Below are positions 60,915 through 64,000 of a stretch of 64,000 nt of DNA, in pieces (the stretch's first letter is position 1; the number at the start of each line of letters is the position of its first letter). This DNA comes from Stegostoma tigrinum (lineage: Eukaryota). The stretch is taken from contig NC_081357.1 of NCBI RefSeq assembly GCF_030684315.1, forward strand, positions 129,966,808 through 130,030,807. The letters are read 5' to 3'. The position numbers and the translations under genes are program-made. Under the pieces are notes generated by a model. The model searched no databases. It saw only the letters and a list, made by a program, of their open reading frames with translations, and had not been told where the DNA came from.

Positions 60915-61645
60915 TACTTGAAGCTGACAAGGTCCACATACAGCAAAACCTGGACAACACCCAGTCTCGTGCTGATAAATGGCAAGTAATATAACTATCT
61001 CCAACAAAAAAAAACTAACCTTTGCCCCTGATGTTCAATGGCTTTACCATCAATGGTTCAATCCCTCATGGTCAAAATCCTGCGGTTGTGGCTGACCAGA
61101 AACAGAACTGAATCAGTCTTACAAAGACTCTGGTGACAAGTGCAGGTCAGATGCTAGGAACATGGTGGCAAGTACATCAACTCCTAATTCCACAAAGCCT
61201 GTTCACCGTCTACAAGTTACCCGTCATGAATGTGACGGAATACTCCCCACTTCCCTGGAGGATTGTGGCTCCAACAACAATCAACCATCCAGAAGAAAGC
61301 AGTCCACTTGATTGGCACTGTGTCCGCCAACTTCAATATTCGCTCCTGGCAGACAGTGACGGTAGTATGTACCACCTGCAAGGTGTACTGCAGTAATTCA
61401 CCAACGCTCAGTCAACAGCACCTTCCAAATCTGTCACCCTGACTAACCAGAAGGCAAGGATGGCACATGCATGGGTACATTACATCCTGCAAACTCCCCT
61501 CCAAATCACACACAGAATCCTGACTTGGAACTAAATTGTGGTTCTTTCATCATCACTGAGCCAAAATCCTGAAATTGCCTACCTAACAGCATTGCAGTGC
61601 ACCTGTATCGCATGGGCTGCAGCAGTTAAAGAAGGCAGCTCACCA
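60915..61645 (+). mobile_element. CR1-group LINE 3' part (same family as 55665-56065)
   Basis: QQNLDN....ADKWQV; LFTVYK..V.NVTEYSPLPW; tail gcagcagttaaagaaggcagctcacca. Confidence 0.82.
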
Positions 61646-61649
61646 GGAG

Positions 61650-62515
61650 ATCATGATGTAGCATCAGTTTGGGTAAAAATGAGAAATGTAGAGGAGTGGA
61701 TTCTTATTCGGGAGTGATCTTCAGGTCCCCTAATTAGTAATGACAAAGAAAGACAAAGTGTACAAGAAGAAATATTGAGTATTTGTGATAAGAGACATAG
61801 CAGTAATTGTGGGTGACTTCAATCAGCTTAAAAACGGGAAAAATCAGATCAGCAATGACAGCTGAAGGAGAAGTCCATGAAATGCTGTGCCATGTGCAAC
61901 AGAGGCCAAAACTAGGAAAAGAATGCAGTTGAATATGTGACTAAAAAGTTGGTGTAAGAGGGCGACATTCAGATATCTGGATCATTGGGATCTCTTACAG
62001 GGCAGGAGGGACCTGTACAAGGACAGTTGCTGTTAAATTGTGGGGGAGGGGAGTTTGCTAATGCCACTCGGAAGCAGGGTGTAAACCAGTGTGGCGGGGG
62101 TATGGAAACCCAGCTCAGCATGTAGAGAGTTTGAAGAGAAAAGAGGGGCAAAGTCAATTAAATCTAGTCGGAAGAACAACAGACAGGGCCAGGTTCACAA
62201 ACAAGTCAGGACTGAATCAGAGGGCTTTAAAAGAGCTGGCAGATGAGGAAATAGTTGCATTGGTATGGGTTTCACAAAAAATTGGTAGATTATAGAAATA
62301 TTTCAACAGTCCAGAAAGTAACTGTTCTAACCAAGTAGGGAGAGAGACAGAAAATGGGAAACAATAGCTTGATATCTTCACGGAAAAGTGTTAGAACCAG
62401 TCATTAATGAGGCTGTAGCTGAACACTTAGACAATCTGAAGGAGTTTAAATCACAAACCCATCTTATTGACTGATGGAGCAAGCTCAACGAATCTAACGG
62501 CCTACTGTTACTCCC
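61650..62515 (+). mobile_element. Patchwork of degenerate CR1 fragments (EN, ORF1 end, linker, tail)
   Basis: IFRSP, VIVGDFN, FRYLDHWDL and RALKELADEEIV.AL pieces. Confidence 0.65.
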
Positions 62516-63364
62516 CATTAGTACCAGCACCTCTCAAGTGCAGTTAGGCAATAAATACTGGTCCAGTCAGCAATACCCAAATCTCACGAAAAAATCCTTA
62601 AAAAAGGAGAAAGAGGACATCTATATCGCATTTCTGTCAAGTCTGTCTATGAAGAATTTATTTGAGTTTCATACCAATGCAACATGAACTCCCCAAACCT
62701 CATCCCTCTGTCACTGGCACCACAGCATCTGCAGGATCACAATGTAGATAATAAATACCACCAATAAATGAACATTTCAAAGCAAAATTGTTAATGGAAG
62801 CAGATTTATAAATTCCATATGGAGGTTAACTAATCACTCCTGTGCATTCACTTAATGTTTGTGTTCCTGCCTTTTCTTCTGTCACCGCTGCAATGTCATG
62901 CTGACCCAGTAACTTCTACAATCTGCTGAAAGGATGGCTTTCAGTGGAAAGCTTTGAGAGATGACCAACAGCAGCTCTTGGTTGTGGAGGCCCAGCTGTG
63001 GGCTGCACTGAGAGAGCACTCCAAGCTGGTTGGCTAACAACAAACTGCAACTGGCGGGGGCTTGGGGTTGAGGATGGTACTGCCTTCCTGAGCGAGGATA
63101 GCAGGTTTGAATTCTAATGGAACTACTCCCTCTTTTCCTTTGTACCTCAGCAATTTTAGTAATCTGTTAGAAGGCAGACTGCTAAATTGCCTTGACACCT
63201 TGCAAGCCTCTTTTGACACATAATCCTCAATCGTGATGGCAGCAAGCTGACCTTGTAATTACAGCAAGCCTCCACGATAGCACTCAGCTGTTAGGTCGCA
63301 CTTTGGTGCTGCAAAGTTACATCATGAGCCATTAGCTGTTGTGTCAAGATTGGATCCACAAGTG

Positions 63365-63975
63365 TATGAACAGAACTGCATCAAAATGCAACACCTCATA
63401 TTTATTTAAATTAAACTTCAACTGCCACCCCTCGGCCCATTGGTCGATGTGTGTCCACTACACCACGTAATTTGGTATCATCTGCAAACTTACTAATCAT
63501 ACCTCCTTTATTCACATCAAAATCATTTATAAAGATGACAAAAAGCAATGGATCCAGCACCAATTCTTGTGGCACATTGCTGGTCACAAGACCCTAACGC
63601 TAACCCTAACCCTCTCCAACCACCCTCTGTCTCCTACCTTCAATTTTGTATCCAACTGGCAAGCTTTCCCTGGATCTCATGTGATCTAACCTTACTAACC
63701 AGTCTACCATGTGGAACCTTAGTGAATGCTTTTTTGAAATCCAGACAGACAATGTCTACTGCTCTGTCTTCATCAATCTTCTTTGTCACCTCTTCAAAAA
63801 ACTCAATCAAGTTAGGCAGACACAATTTTCCACACATAAAGTTATGCTGACTATCCCTAATCGGTTCTTGCCTTTCAAAATACATTAAAATTCTGTCTCC
63901 CAGAATGCCCTCCAACAACTTACCCATGACATCAGGCTCACTGATCAAGAGTTCCCTGTCTTTTCCTTACAGCCT
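63365..63975 (-). mobile_element. CR1-clade LINE RT fragment with deletions
   Basis: SQHNFMCGKLCLPNLIEFFEEVT..LDFKKAFTKVPHGRL; FADD near 63475-63489. Confidence 0.92.
63591..63613 (+). repeat. Short interstitial telomere-like tract (CCCTAA, about 4 units)
   Basis: accctaacgctaaccctaaccct, with one variant unit. Confidence 0.65.
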
Positions 63976-64000
63976 TTCACGGCTGTACTGTGAGCCTCTA

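Overview
Repeat-dense, largely non-coding vertebrate DNA. The HE1-type SINEs, CR1/L2 LINEs and Penelope families point to an elasmobranch (shark), which is an inference. No intact host gene is recognisable; there are only two weak exon candidates. The window is a nested mosaic of CR1-clade LINEs (one near full-length with an esterase-type ORF1, 48126-51645), L2, RTE, copia, PIF/Harbinger relics, tRNA-derived SINEs and many Penelope-like elements (PLEs), with a 154-N gap at 18381-18534. The most interesting system is the PLE pseudo-LTR (pLTR). It carries a minimal hammerhead ribozyme motif (CTGANGA-stem II-GAAACGTC). It occurs as a tandem two-ribozyme unit of 387 nt (26391-26777). It also occurs as at least eight stand-alone fold-back hairpins of about 150-200 bp, several with 13-14 bp target-site duplications and with the apex in or next to the ribozyme motif. 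One young PLE insertion is tied to a 300-bp inverted duplication of flanking DNA and an inverted target-site duplication (24786-26855). Family names come from motif recognition by eye, not from database searches, and the boundaries of degenerate elements are approximate.
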